Positions 49,018 to 57,224 of a DNA stretch of 64,000 nucleotides are shown here, piece after piece. The stretch spans positions 14,032 to 78,031 of the forward strand of contig MGSS01000144.1 in the NCBI GenBank assembly GCA_001798595.1. Reading direction: 5' to 3'. Each line of letters opens with the position of its first letter. The stretch's first letter is position 1. The DNA is from Deltaproteobacteria bacterium RIFCSPLOWO2_12_FULL_60_19. Lineage in GTDB: Bacteria; Desulfobacterota; Binatia; UBA9968. The translations under genes and the position numbers were made by a program. The notes below the pieces were generated by a model. The model saw only the letters and a program-made list of their open reading frames with translations, ran no database searches and was not told the origin of the DNA.

Positions 49018-49470
49018 TCATGCCTTTCCCAACTGTCTCAGGGCCTCATAAAGGACGATCGAGACGGCGTTGGACAGGTTCAGGCTGCGCACCGCCTCGG
49101 TCATCATCGGGATGCGAAAAGCGCGGGCGGAATGGGCATCGAGCAACTCTTGCGGGAGCCCCTTGGTTTCCGGGCCGAAGACGAGAAAATCCTCTTCCTG
49201 GTAACGCGCCTGCGTGTAGGACTGAACGGCCTTTTTTGAAAAGAAGAGCAACGTGGCCGATCCATGTTGCCGCAAAAAACCCTGCCACGAATCATGCAGC
49301 CGCACGTCAACGTAAGGCCAATAGTCGAGGCCGGCGCGTTTCAGATGCTTGTTGTCGATCTTAAACCCGAGCGGCGCGATCAAATGAAGCGGCGTCTGTG
49401 TCGCCGCGCAGAGCCGGGCGATACTCCCCGTATTCGGAGGAATTTCGGGCTGGAAGAGAACGACGTGCAT
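49018..49470 (-). CDS. trmL: tRNA (cytidine34-2'-O)-methyltransferase
   Basis: VLFQPEIPPNTG, LKRAGLDYW, FGPETKGLP, RSLNLSN; start at ATG 49470. Confidence 0.96.
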   Translation of the reverse strand: MHVVLFQPEIPPNTGSIARLCAATQTPLHLIAPLGFKIDNKHLKRAGLDYWPYVDVRLHDSWQGFLRQHGSATLLFFSKKAVQSYTQARYQEEDFLVFGPETKGLPQELLDAHSARAFRIPMMTEAVRSLNLSNAVSIVLYEALRQLGKA

Positions 49471-49684
49471 GGTTAGCCTGAACGATTCGCGCTCTCGGAG
49501 ACGAGCCCTTCCGGTCGAGGGCAATAGACCTCTACTTTTCTTTGATCCGTTGAACGAGCAGGCGCATGGCATCAAGTAAAAAGATTTCTCCTCGAAATAC
49601 AAGGGAAGCGGTAAACTCTTTACGCCTGTCCGGTGAACGTGCTAGGGTCCGGTTTCATTAAGACAAAACGCGAGGATAAACCCC

Positions 49685-50422
49685 ATGCAAATCATCGAGC
49701 GTTTACTGAGCAGCCAAAGCGACGGCATGGCGGGCTATCTGGTCTATCCGGAGCGCAGCGCTGCGGGACCGGGCCTGTTGCTGATTCATCCGAAGTCGGG
49801 GATCACCGACTATATCAAGATCGAGGCGCGCAAGTTCGCCAACCTGGGCTACAGCACCTTCGCGGTCAATGTCTTCGAGCTGCTCGGCTATCCGGCCGCG
49901 ACGCACATCGAAACCGGCTCGCAAATCCAGGCCAAGACTTCGGATGCGGAATTTACCCGCGTCCTTACCGATGGCTGGCGCTACCTGCTTTCCCAGCCTC
50001 ATGTGGACAGGAAGAAAGTTGCGGTGTGCGGCTATTGCATGGGTGGCCGCATCGCGATTCATTTCGTCGCCGCCACGCCGGAGGTGCGCGCCTTCGTCGG
50101 CTACTATCCGACGGTGCGCGACGAGCCGGTGACGGCGATGAGGCCGGTTGCGCCCTGGGAGGCGACGAAACTGATCCGCTGCCCGTCTATTGTGCTCTAC
50201 GGCGCCGACGATACGGTTACAAAAATCCCGGTTCAGGAAAAGATGTGGCGCGGGTTTCTGGCCAACGGGCAATCCCTGGAGTGGCACTTCTATCCGTTCG
50301 GCGGTCACGGCTTTGTGGATCCCGGCGCCGTCGGTTATCACGCGCACGCGGCGGAGCTGGCCTGGCCGATGGTGGTGGACTTTCTGGAGCGCGAGCTTAA
50401 GTGGAGTTCGCCGCCGGCTTAA
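49685..50422 (+). CDS. Dienelactone hydrolase family protein
   Basis: GYCMGG nucleophile, G..D, HGF. Confidence 0.92.
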   Translation: MQIIERLLSSQSDGMAGYLVYPERSAAGPGLLLIHPKSGITDYIKIEARKFANLGYSTFAVNVFELLGYPAATHIETGSQIQAKTSDAEFTRVLTDGWRYLLSQPHVDRKKVAVCGYCMGGRIAIHFVAATPEVRAFVGYYPTVRDEPVTAMRPVAPWEATKLIRCPSIVLYGADDTVTKIPVQEKMWRGFLANGQSLEWHFYPFGGHGFVDPGAVGYHAHAAELAWPMVVDFLERELKWSSPPA

Positions 50423-50485
50423 TTTTCCTTCGGCTTTCTGCTAACGTGAAAATTCCCTGTCGAAACATCATCGCAGGCGGAAACT

Positions 50486-51277
50486 ATGTATCCAGTTTTA
50501 TTCAGCATCGGCCCTTTGACGATCTACAGCTTCGGCACGCTCATGGCGCTGGCCGCGCTGTGCGCGGGTTGGATCGTCTGGCTTGAGTTGAAGCGCTACG
50601 GCTACGATCCGGAAATTTCTTCCACCATGGTTTTTGCCGCCGCCGTCGGCGGCCTGCTCGGCGCGAGGATTCTCTTCATTCTTGAGGAGTGGAGCAGTTT
50701 CATCCGCTCGCCGTTGGACTTTATTTTCAGCGGGGCGGGATTTACCTGGTACGGCGGGATGGCCGGGGCGGCGCTGGCGGTGACCTGGGTAGTGCGCCGT
50801 TACGGCATTCCGTGGCTCAAGGCCGCCGACATCTCGTCGCCCGCGGTCACGCTGGCTTACGGCATCGGCCGTATCGGCTGCCACATCGCCGGAGACGGCG
50901 ATTGGGGGACCGTCACCGATGTGCCCTGGGCGGTCGCCTACACCAACGCGATCATCGGTTGGGTGCATCCCTACACGGGGCTGCCGTACCCGCCAGGCGT
51001 GCGCGTCCATCCGACGCCGATTTATGAATTCCTCGAATCGCTGGCGATCTTCGGGATTCTGTGGCCGCTGCGCAAGAAGGGCTACGCCGACGGGAAGATT
51101 TTCTGGATCTACCTGATCCTCTCCGGCCTGGCTCGCTTCACCGTGGAATTCTGGCGCGTCAATCCTCCCCTCGCATCCGGGCTGAGCGAGGCGCAGTGGT
51201 TCAGTTTAGCCCTCATCGGGATCGGTTCGTATCTGCTTTACACGCGCGCGCAAAAAGGGACGGCCAGAGAGACGTAA
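50486..51277 (+). CDS. lgt: Prolipoprotein diacylglyceryl transferase
   Basis: MYPVLF.IGP, LLGARI, WYGG, IGRIGC..AGD, HPTPIYE, RFTVEFWR. Confidence 0.93.
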   Translation: MYPVLFSIGPLTIYSFGTLMALAALCAGWIVWLELKRYGYDPEISSTMVFAAAVGGLLGARILFILEEWSSFIRSPLDFIFSGAGFTWYGGMAGAALAVTWVVRRYGIPWLKAADISSPAVTLAYGIGRIGCHIAGDGDWGTVTDVPWAVAYTNAIIGWVHPYTGLPYPPGVRVHPTPIYEFLESLAIFGILWPLRKKGYADGKIFWIYLILSGLARFTVEFWRVNPPLASGLSEAQWFSLALIGIGSYLLYTRAQKGTARET

Positions 51278-51533
51278 GCGTTACTCGTGTTGACACTGAC
51301 CCCGGCTGTCCAACCCGACAACAGTTAAATAGAGATTGTACCTTACTGTGAACTTGAGATATGCCCCTTGAGAACTGAAAGGCATGGCGAGTGCTTCCCG
51401 GCCGGCTGGCCGGCAGGACCGGACCAACCGTTGAAGTATGCGTCAGTCTGCCTACGGGGCTGCGCGGGCAGGGAACCTTTTGGCTCAGAAGAAGTTTCGT
51501 TGTTAGTACGACTATCCGATACATGGAGAAAAT

Positions 51534-52040
51534 ATGACCCGAACAAAATCGTTAGTTGTCTTTTCCACTTTGGTCTTGGGCCTTTTGGGGGTTCATTTTG
51601 CCGACAAGATCGTCGCGGCGCAGGCTGAAAAAGACAAGGCCCCGGCCTTTACGCTTAAACTCTTGAACGGAGGAGATCTAAAATCCTCGGAGCTGGAAGG
51701 TAAAGTCACGGTTTTGAAGTTTGTCGCTTCCTGGTGACCGGAGTGCCGGCAGGAGGCTCCTGCCGTTGAAAGAGTGTACAAGAAATTCAAGGACAGAGGG
51801 GTTCAGTTCGTGGGGATCTTCGTTAAAGACAAAGATTCCGAGGTTCGGAAATTCGTAAAAACCCACGGCCTAACCTTCCCTGTGGGTCTCGACGATGAAA
51901 TGAAAATCGCTAACGCTTATAAATTTGTCGGCACGCCCTTTACGGTCATAGTCTCGAAAGCAGGGGAAGTCACTGACCGGAGAACCGGGCCTCAGAGCGA
52001 GAAGGCTCTGCGCGATAAAATAGAGAAGCTCCTAAAATAG
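51534..52040 (+). CDS. TlpA/ResA-like thiol-disulfide oxidoreductase, selenoprotein (UxxC)
   Basis: Track ORFs 51534-51737 and 51774-52040 are in one frame joined at TGA 51735-51737: KFVASW-U-PEC-RQEAP...FPVGLD...GTP. Confidence 0.88.
51738..51765 (+). promoter_or_regulatory. Putative bacterial SECIS element
   Basis: Perfect stem CGGCAGGA-GGC-TCCTGCCG just 3' of the in-frame UGA, with a G-led apical loop. Confidence 0.75.
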
Positions 52041-52256
52041 GTTTCGTATGACCAGCGGTCAGACTTAGTCGCTCGGCCCTCGGTGCTTTACCGCGCCGTG
52101 CATCGCCGTTTCTCCGCTGATCACTCTCGCCCTGGCACACGGATCATCAAACGTACGCCACGAACCTTTACACTCCCTCCCTCTTGTAGATGAGACAAAC
52201 CGGACTACTTCCAAGCTATAACGGCCCATCGTTTCTGAAATGTTAGGAGGCGAAAA

Positions 52257-52592
52257 ATGACCGCAGTGAGGATCACTCATTCACTATTGCTGTTTCTCAT
52301 AGCTGGTTTGTGTGAGATCGGAGGAGGATGGCTCGTGTGGCAATGGCTGCGAGAGGGACGGGGCAGCCTTTGGGGGCTCGCAGGCGGGCTGTTGTTGATT
52401 TTTTACGGGATCATTCCGACTTTTCAGCCGGTGCATTTCGGCCGCGTTTATGCGGCTTACGGCGGTTTTTTTATCTTCCTATCGTTATGTTGGGGTTGGA
52501 TGTTCGATGGAAACGTTCCGGACCGTCCTGAAATCGTTGGAGGTACGTTGAGCTTGGCCGGAGTCTTTATCATTATGTATTGGCCGAGATAA
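52257..52592 (+). CDS. ynfA: YnfA-family SMR-type membrane protein
   Basis: AGLCEIGGGWLVW.WLR, FGRVYAAYGG, PDR. Confidence 0.92.
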   Translation: MTAVRITHSLLLFLIAGLCEIGGGWLVWQWLREGRGSLWGLAGGLLLIFYGIIPTFQPVHFGRVYAAYGGFFIFLSLCWGWMFDGNVPDRPEIVGGTLSLAGVFIIMYWPR

Positions 52593-53206
52593 TGACACCA
52601 TACAAAAAAGCTCTCCTTTCAGAATATTTCACCGTCGGTTGGAATATTATCGAGGGGATCGTCGCCATCGCCGCTGGCGTCATTGCCGGATCGATAGCGC
52701 TGGTGGGATTTGGCCTGGACAGCTCTATTGAAGTAGCCTCCGGCTTAGTCTTGATCTGGCGGCTTCGCAAGCACGGATTCAGCGACGAAGAGGAAGAAGA
52801 GGCCGCCGAGAAAAGAGCCATATTATTTGTTGGCGTTACCTTTTTTCTTTTGTCGGCTTACGTGGTTTACGAGTCCGGAAAGAAACTCATCTACCACGAG
52901 CACCCCGAGGAAAGTCTCGTCGGAATTATTTTAGCGGTTGTCTCTCTGGTCGTGATGCCTATCTTGGCTTGGTATAAAAAGAAGCTAGCCTTGGAAATTC
53001 ATAGCCGCGCTTTGAGAGCCGATGCGCTAGAGACCCTGGCCTGTTCCTATCTTTCGCTGACTCTACTGCTAGGTCTTGGCGCTAATGCGCTCTTCGGTTG
53101 GTGGTGGGCCGATCCGGTGTCCGCCCTAGCTATGGTCTATTTTCTTATCAAGGAGGGAACGGAGGCGATCCGCGAAGGATGGAAAGGCCTAACGCAAAAA
53201 GCCTGA
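52592..53206 (+). CDS. CDF-type cation transporter, membrane domain only
   Basis: WNIIEG, SIALVGFGLDS.IE, LRADA.ET..C.YLS, WWADP. Confidence 0.85.
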   Translation: MTPYKKALLSEYFTVGWNIIEGIVAIAAGVIAGSIALVGFGLDSSIEVASGLVLIWRLRKHGFSDEEEEEAAEKRAILFVGVTFFLLSAYVVYESGKKLIYHEHPEESLVGIILAVVSLVVMPILAWYKKKLALEIHSRALRADALETLACSYLSLTLLLGLGANALFGWWWADPVSALAMVYFLIKEGTEAIREGWKGLTQKA

Positions 53207-53289
53207 TCCTATGCCGTGAGGAAGAGGTTGCGGCGCTGTCGCCTCGCTTCGCCCGAAGGGGAAACGGACGAGGGCCACGAAGCGATATC

Positions 53290-54396
53290 TCACCAGGCCT
53301 TCGCCATGACCTCAAGAAGTTTGGCGCGAGTCTCTGGGTTGTCCATGCCGGCGCGTCGAAGCGCGTCACGGCAGATGTGGCTGCAGAACGCCTCGACCGC
53401 TTGTGCCACGATCATCCCTCTGCCGTTGAGCGTGCGATGGCCGGTCAACCGTCCGTGACGCAGGAAGACGGTTTCCTCCGGATGATAGATGAGATCGTAG
53501 AAGCCCGCTTTGAGCGGGATGGAGAGCGCGAGCTTCCAGGAAGCTCGATTATTGGCTTCGATATCCGCGAGCGAGGCGCTCATGCAGGCGCGGTAAAATT
53601 CCGGCCCGCCGTCTTCCGTGAGGCCGGCGGGATTCGCCGGCCCCAGCGCGGAGTAGGGCTCTAGTGTGGTTATCCCCGCCCCGTTCTTGCGGATTCCGCC
53701 CTGGCCTTTGGTCGTGCAATTGACGATCAGCTCGACGCCGGGCGCGCGCTCGAGAATTTTCTTTTCGTCAATCGCCTCAACGTTCGCGTGGCTTTTGCCG
53801 ATCTCGGCGGCGAGCGACGCGGCGCTCTCATGAGTCCGGTTTGAGATAAGCAGGCGGCCTTGCTCCAGCCGCTCGGCGAGAGCGAAGGCGACTGCCCGCG
53901 CCGAACCGCCGGCGCCGAGAATTAGCGCGTTGATGCCGCTCAACGACTCGATCAGAGGCGCAGCGCCGCCGGGTTGACCGGCCAGCAGACTCTGGACGAA
54001 GCCCTCGCCGTCGGTATTTGCGCCGAGTAGCCGCCCGTCCTCCATGCGCGTGATCGTATTGACCGCGCCGACCTTCGCCGCTTTTTCGTCAATTGCGTCG
54101 AGATGCTTCATCACCGCGACTTTGTGCGGCACGGTGACCTGGAGGCCCAAGAGCCGGCCGGACTCCCTCACCGCCGCGATCAGATCCTGCAGCCGATCGT
54201 CGTCCACGTCGAGAGCGACATAGACGGTCTTCATCTTTAACGCCCGGAATGCCGCGTTCCACAGGGCGGGGCTTTTGCTATAGCGCGAAGGGGAATCGCC
54301 GATCACGGCGACGAGTTGCTTCGCGCCTATGGCCCTGCGGTCGAGCGGGTTGCGGATCCCGCTCTGAATACGGGCGATGTCGTCTTTAACAGCCAC
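53290..54396 (-). CDS. aroE: Shikimate dehydrogenase family protein
   Basis: SKSPALWNAAF, VTVPHK, GAVNT, NTDG.GF, GAGGSARA, DLIYHP, G..M...QA. Confidence 0.88.
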   Translation of the reverse strand: MAVKDDIARIQSGIRNPLDRRAIGAKQLVAVIGDSPSRYSKSPALWNAAFRALKMKTVYVALDVDDDRLQDLIAAVRESGRLLGLQVTVPHKVAVMKHLDAIDEKAAKVGAVNTITRMEDGRLLGANTDGEGFVQSLLAGQPGGAAPLIESLSGINALILGAGGSARAVAFALAERLEQGRLLISNRTHESAASLAAEIGKSHANVEAIDEKKILERAPGVELIVNCTTKGQGGIRKNGAGITTLEPYSALGPANPAGLTEDGGPEFYRACMSASLADIEANNRASWKLALSIPLKAGFYDLIYHPEETVFLRHGRLTGHRTLNGRGMIVAQAVEAFCSHICRDALRRAGMDNPETRAKLLEVMAKAW

Positions 54397-54523
54397 GCGG
54401 CGATCCTTTCAACCGATGTTTATAGGGCAATATCGCTAACGGATCAATCGACCAAAGGGGAGAGCTACCGCTTCTCCCCTTTGGAAACCCCATCGGTTTT
54501 GTGCCCGCCTCAAGAGGCGGGGT

Positions 54524-55963
54524 TTACGTTGAATGAAGGGGTTTGATGGAGAGTTTGTCCTCGGTGAAGCAAAGCAGAGATTTTTTGCCGTTGATCTCGG
54601 TCTCAAGCGCCACCTCCCGCCCCCACAACTGATGGAGATACTGGAGCGTTTTGTCCGCATATTCCAGCTGCAAGTCCCTGCCGTCGTGGGCATGCTTTAG
54701 GAACAGCGCGCGATTGTTGTTATAGTCCGCGTTATCGATCTGAATCGTCGGGACCGTTCCCATGCCGACGTTGCGTATCAGGGTTTCTTTGATCGCCTGC
54801 CAGTTCTCGTCGTCCGCCACGCGGCTTACGACGCGGTCGCCGCCGCGGCTCTGGTGCTCGAACAGGTTGAGCTCCCGAACCAGCTCCTCGGTGAGATAAC
54901 GGCGCAGGAAAGAGACGTCCCGCTCGACTTCCCGCGCCTCGAAGAGCTTGGCCCGGCCCGATTTTGTTTTCGGGCCGGACTGTTTTTCTTCCTCCGGCGT
55001 CGGATGATCCCAGCGCCGCTCGATGGCCTCCCAGACCTTCATGCCCAGATGGTATGGATTCAGCGAGTTGGCGGCCGGGCTTAAGACCTGGTTGTGGCGG
55101 ACCATGAATTCCAGGTGCATGCCTTGAGGGAGTTTCAAGGCCTCGACGATGCGCTTATGCCAGTAGCTCGCCCAGCCCTCATTCATGATTTTCGTCTCGA
55201 TCTGCGGGATGAAGTATTGCGCCTCTTCGTGGACGATCGTGAGAAGGTCTTTTTCCCAATCGCTCAACTGCGGGTTGTGGTCGCGGATAAAGAGCAAAAT
55301 GTCCGCTTCCGGATAGAGCGGCACGCGGTTCAAATCGGGCGGCGCGTAGTCCGGGCGGCGGTGGATCGTCTGGAAAGGGTCCGCCGCCGGCCTGGAGTCC
55401 GCCAGCCGTTGATCGATCTGTTCGTCGGGCGTCTGTTTGCGGACCGCCAGGTTGCGCCGGCATTGGAGCGAAAGGGCATGCGCTGCGTCGAGCAGCCGCT
55501 CCACTTTTTCCCGCCCGATGCTGGGGTCTTCGACGTATTTCCGCACCCGATCCGCGTGGGCCTTGAAAGTTTCTATGGTAAATTCCGCGCGGCCGGACCT
55601 GAAGGTGAAATTATTTTTGAAAAAGTCGTTGTGCCCATACACGTGGGCGATGGTCAGCACCTGGAGGAGGAGCGTGTTGTCCCGCATCAAATAGGCGATG
55701 GACGGATCGGAGTTGATCACCATCTCGTAGGGCAAGCCGCTCATGCCGTAATCGTAGAGCGTTTTGAGCTTCTCGTAGCTCTTGCCGTAAGACCAGTGCG
55801 GGTAGTGGGACGGCATGCCGGAATAGACCATGTAGCCGAGCATCTGCTCGTGGTCGCAGATCTCGAATTCCTGGGGGTAGGGGTCGAGGCCGAACTGGCG
55901 CGCCAGGATGAGAATACGCTCGTTCCAGGCTTCCAACTCGGCCACGGTGTATGCGGCAGCCAT
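54524..55963 (-). CDS. spoVR: SpoVR/YcgB family protein
   Basis: GMPSHYPHWSYGK, YEMVINSDP, AHVYGHNDFFKNN, TKIMNEGWASYWH. Confidence 0.95.
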   Translation of the reverse strand: MAAAYTVAELEAWNERILILARQFGLDPYPQEFEICDHEQMLGYMVYSGMPSHYPHWSYGKSYEKLKTLYDYGMSGLPYEMVINSDPSIAYLMRDNTLLLQVLTIAHVYGHNDFFKNNFTFRSGRAEFTIETFKAHADRVRKYVEDPSIGREKVERLLDAAHALSLQCRRNLAVRKQTPDEQIDQRLADSRPAADPFQTIHRRPDYAPPDLNRVPLYPEADILLFIRDHNPQLSDWEKDLLTIVHEEAQYFIPQIETKIMNEGWASYWHKRIVEALKLPQGMHLEFMVRHNQVLSPAANSLNPYHLGMKVWEAIERRWDHPTPEEEKQSGPKTKSGRAKLFEAREVERDVSFLRRYLTEELVRELNLFEHQSRGGDRVVSRVADDENWQAIKETLIRNVGMGTVPTIQIDNADYNNNRALFLKHAHDGRDLQLEYADKTLQYLHQLWGREVALETEINGKKSLLCFTEDKLSIKPLHST

Positions 55964-55975
55964 GGCGCGCGCGGC

Positions 55976-57151
55976 TCAAGCCGCCTCTTCGCGGGCGCGG
56001 TCCCGCGCGAGGAAGGTCCTGAAGCAGGGCCAGATGTCTTCTTTGCGCTGGATCTGGACGGTTTGAAAGTTGTCGGCCTGGAGCTGGGAGAAAAATTGGA
56101 TCATGCTGCTGCCGTAGTAGCCGGCGCCGAGGGGCTTGATCTCGCCGTAGCCGAAAAGGTTGGCAACCTCGGTCAATTCTTTGGCGGCCTGGAGGGCGGC
56201 CGGATTGTCGGAGTCGAAGTTGTCTCCGTCGGAGCAATGAAACACGTAAACGTTCCACAGCGTCGGATGGTAGCGCTGGTCGATGATCTCCAACGCCTTG
56301 CGGTAGCCGGAGGAGATGAAGGTGCCGCCGGACTCTCCCTTGTGGAAGAATTCCTCTTCGCTAACTTGGCGGGCTTCGGTGTGGTGGGCGATGAAGACGA
56401 TCTCGACGTTCTGGTATTTGGCGCAGAGGAAGCGGTAGAGGAGGAAGAAAAAGCTCCGCGCCAGATATTTCTTCATGGTGTCCATCGAGCCCGAAGTGTC
56501 CATGACGCATAGCACGACGGCGTTGGATTCGCGCCGCATCTCCGTCACCGTATGGCGGTAGGTGAGGTCGTCGTTGTGGAACGGGAATCGCTGAGCGGCG
56601 GCCGCTCCGCCGGTCTTTTCGCTCGCTTTCTTGCGCTTGATCCGCGCGATAGCCGTGCGGCGCTTGTCGAGGTGAACCCGAACCCCTTTCCTCCGATAGC
56701 CCTTTCTGCGGTAGAGCTGTTGGACTTCCGTCTCGCGCAGGTGCTTGCGCTCGAGATCGGGGAGCTCGAGGTCCTCAAACATCATATCGATCAGCTCTTC
56801 GAGGGAGATATCGGTTTCATAGTAGTCCACGCCGGGCCGGTCGCCCGCCGGATCGCCCTGGCCGGGTCCCTTTCCTTGACCGACGACCTGCCCCGGCTGC
56901 GTATTTTCTCCGCCCTGGCCGACGCCCGGCGAGTTTTCGCCGTAAACGAAGCGGTACTCTTTCACACCGCGAATCGGAACCTTGACGATGCGGTTGCGGT
57001 CTTTGCCGATGATCGACTCTTCGGCGATGATGTCGGCGATGTTATGCCGGATGGCTTCGTGAACTTTTTGGCGATGGCGCAGCCGGTCCCCGGCGGAGCG
57101 GTCGCTGCGCTGGACGGAAGAGGGATCGTAGGAGCGGAAGATGGTCTCCAT
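55976..57151 (-). CDS. yeaH: YeaH/YhbH (DUF444) vWA-domain protein
   Basis: FEDLELP.L, CVMDTSGSM, ESGGT.ISS, WNVY.FH.SDGDN. Confidence 0.93.
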   Translation of the reverse strand: METIFRSYDPSSVQRSDRSAGDRLRHRQKVHEAIRHNIADIIAEESIIGKDRNRIVKVPIRGVKEYRFVYGENSPGVGQGGENTQPGQVVGQGKGPGQGDPAGDRPGVDYYETDISLEELIDMMFEDLELPDLERKHLRETEVQQLYRRKGYRRKGVRVHLDKRRTAIARIKRKKASEKTGGAAAAQRFPFHNDDLTYRHTVTEMRRESNAVVLCVMDTSGSMDTMKKYLARSFFFLLYRFLCAKYQNVEIVFIAHHTEARQVSEEEFFHKGESGGTFISSGYRKALEIIDQRYHPTLWNVYVFHCSDGDNFDSDNPAALQAAKELTEVANLFGYGEIKPLGAGYYGSSMIQFFSQLQADNFQTVQIQRKEDIWPCFRTFLARDRAREEAA

Positions 57152-57156
57152 CTCCG

Positions 57157-57218
57157 TTAGGGGTTAGGCGTAAGGGGTGAGGGGATCGCCTGACCTTTCA
57201 CCCCTCACGCCTTACGGG
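57157..57218. repeat. Heptamer-periodic palindrome between prkA and yeaH
   Basis: gttaggg gttaggc gtaaggg gtgaggg ... ctttcac ccctcac gccttac. Confidence 0.65.
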
Positions 57219-57224
57219 CGTCGA

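Noticed and set aside
49476-49565. Structured RNA upstream of trmL (GCCTG...CAGGC ends)
   Set aside because: Pairing is weak and matches no family I recognise.
52041-52256. Guanidine riboswitch upstream of SMR-type ynfA
   Set aside because: No twin ACGR-loop hairpins or ykkC-I/III consensus could be identified.
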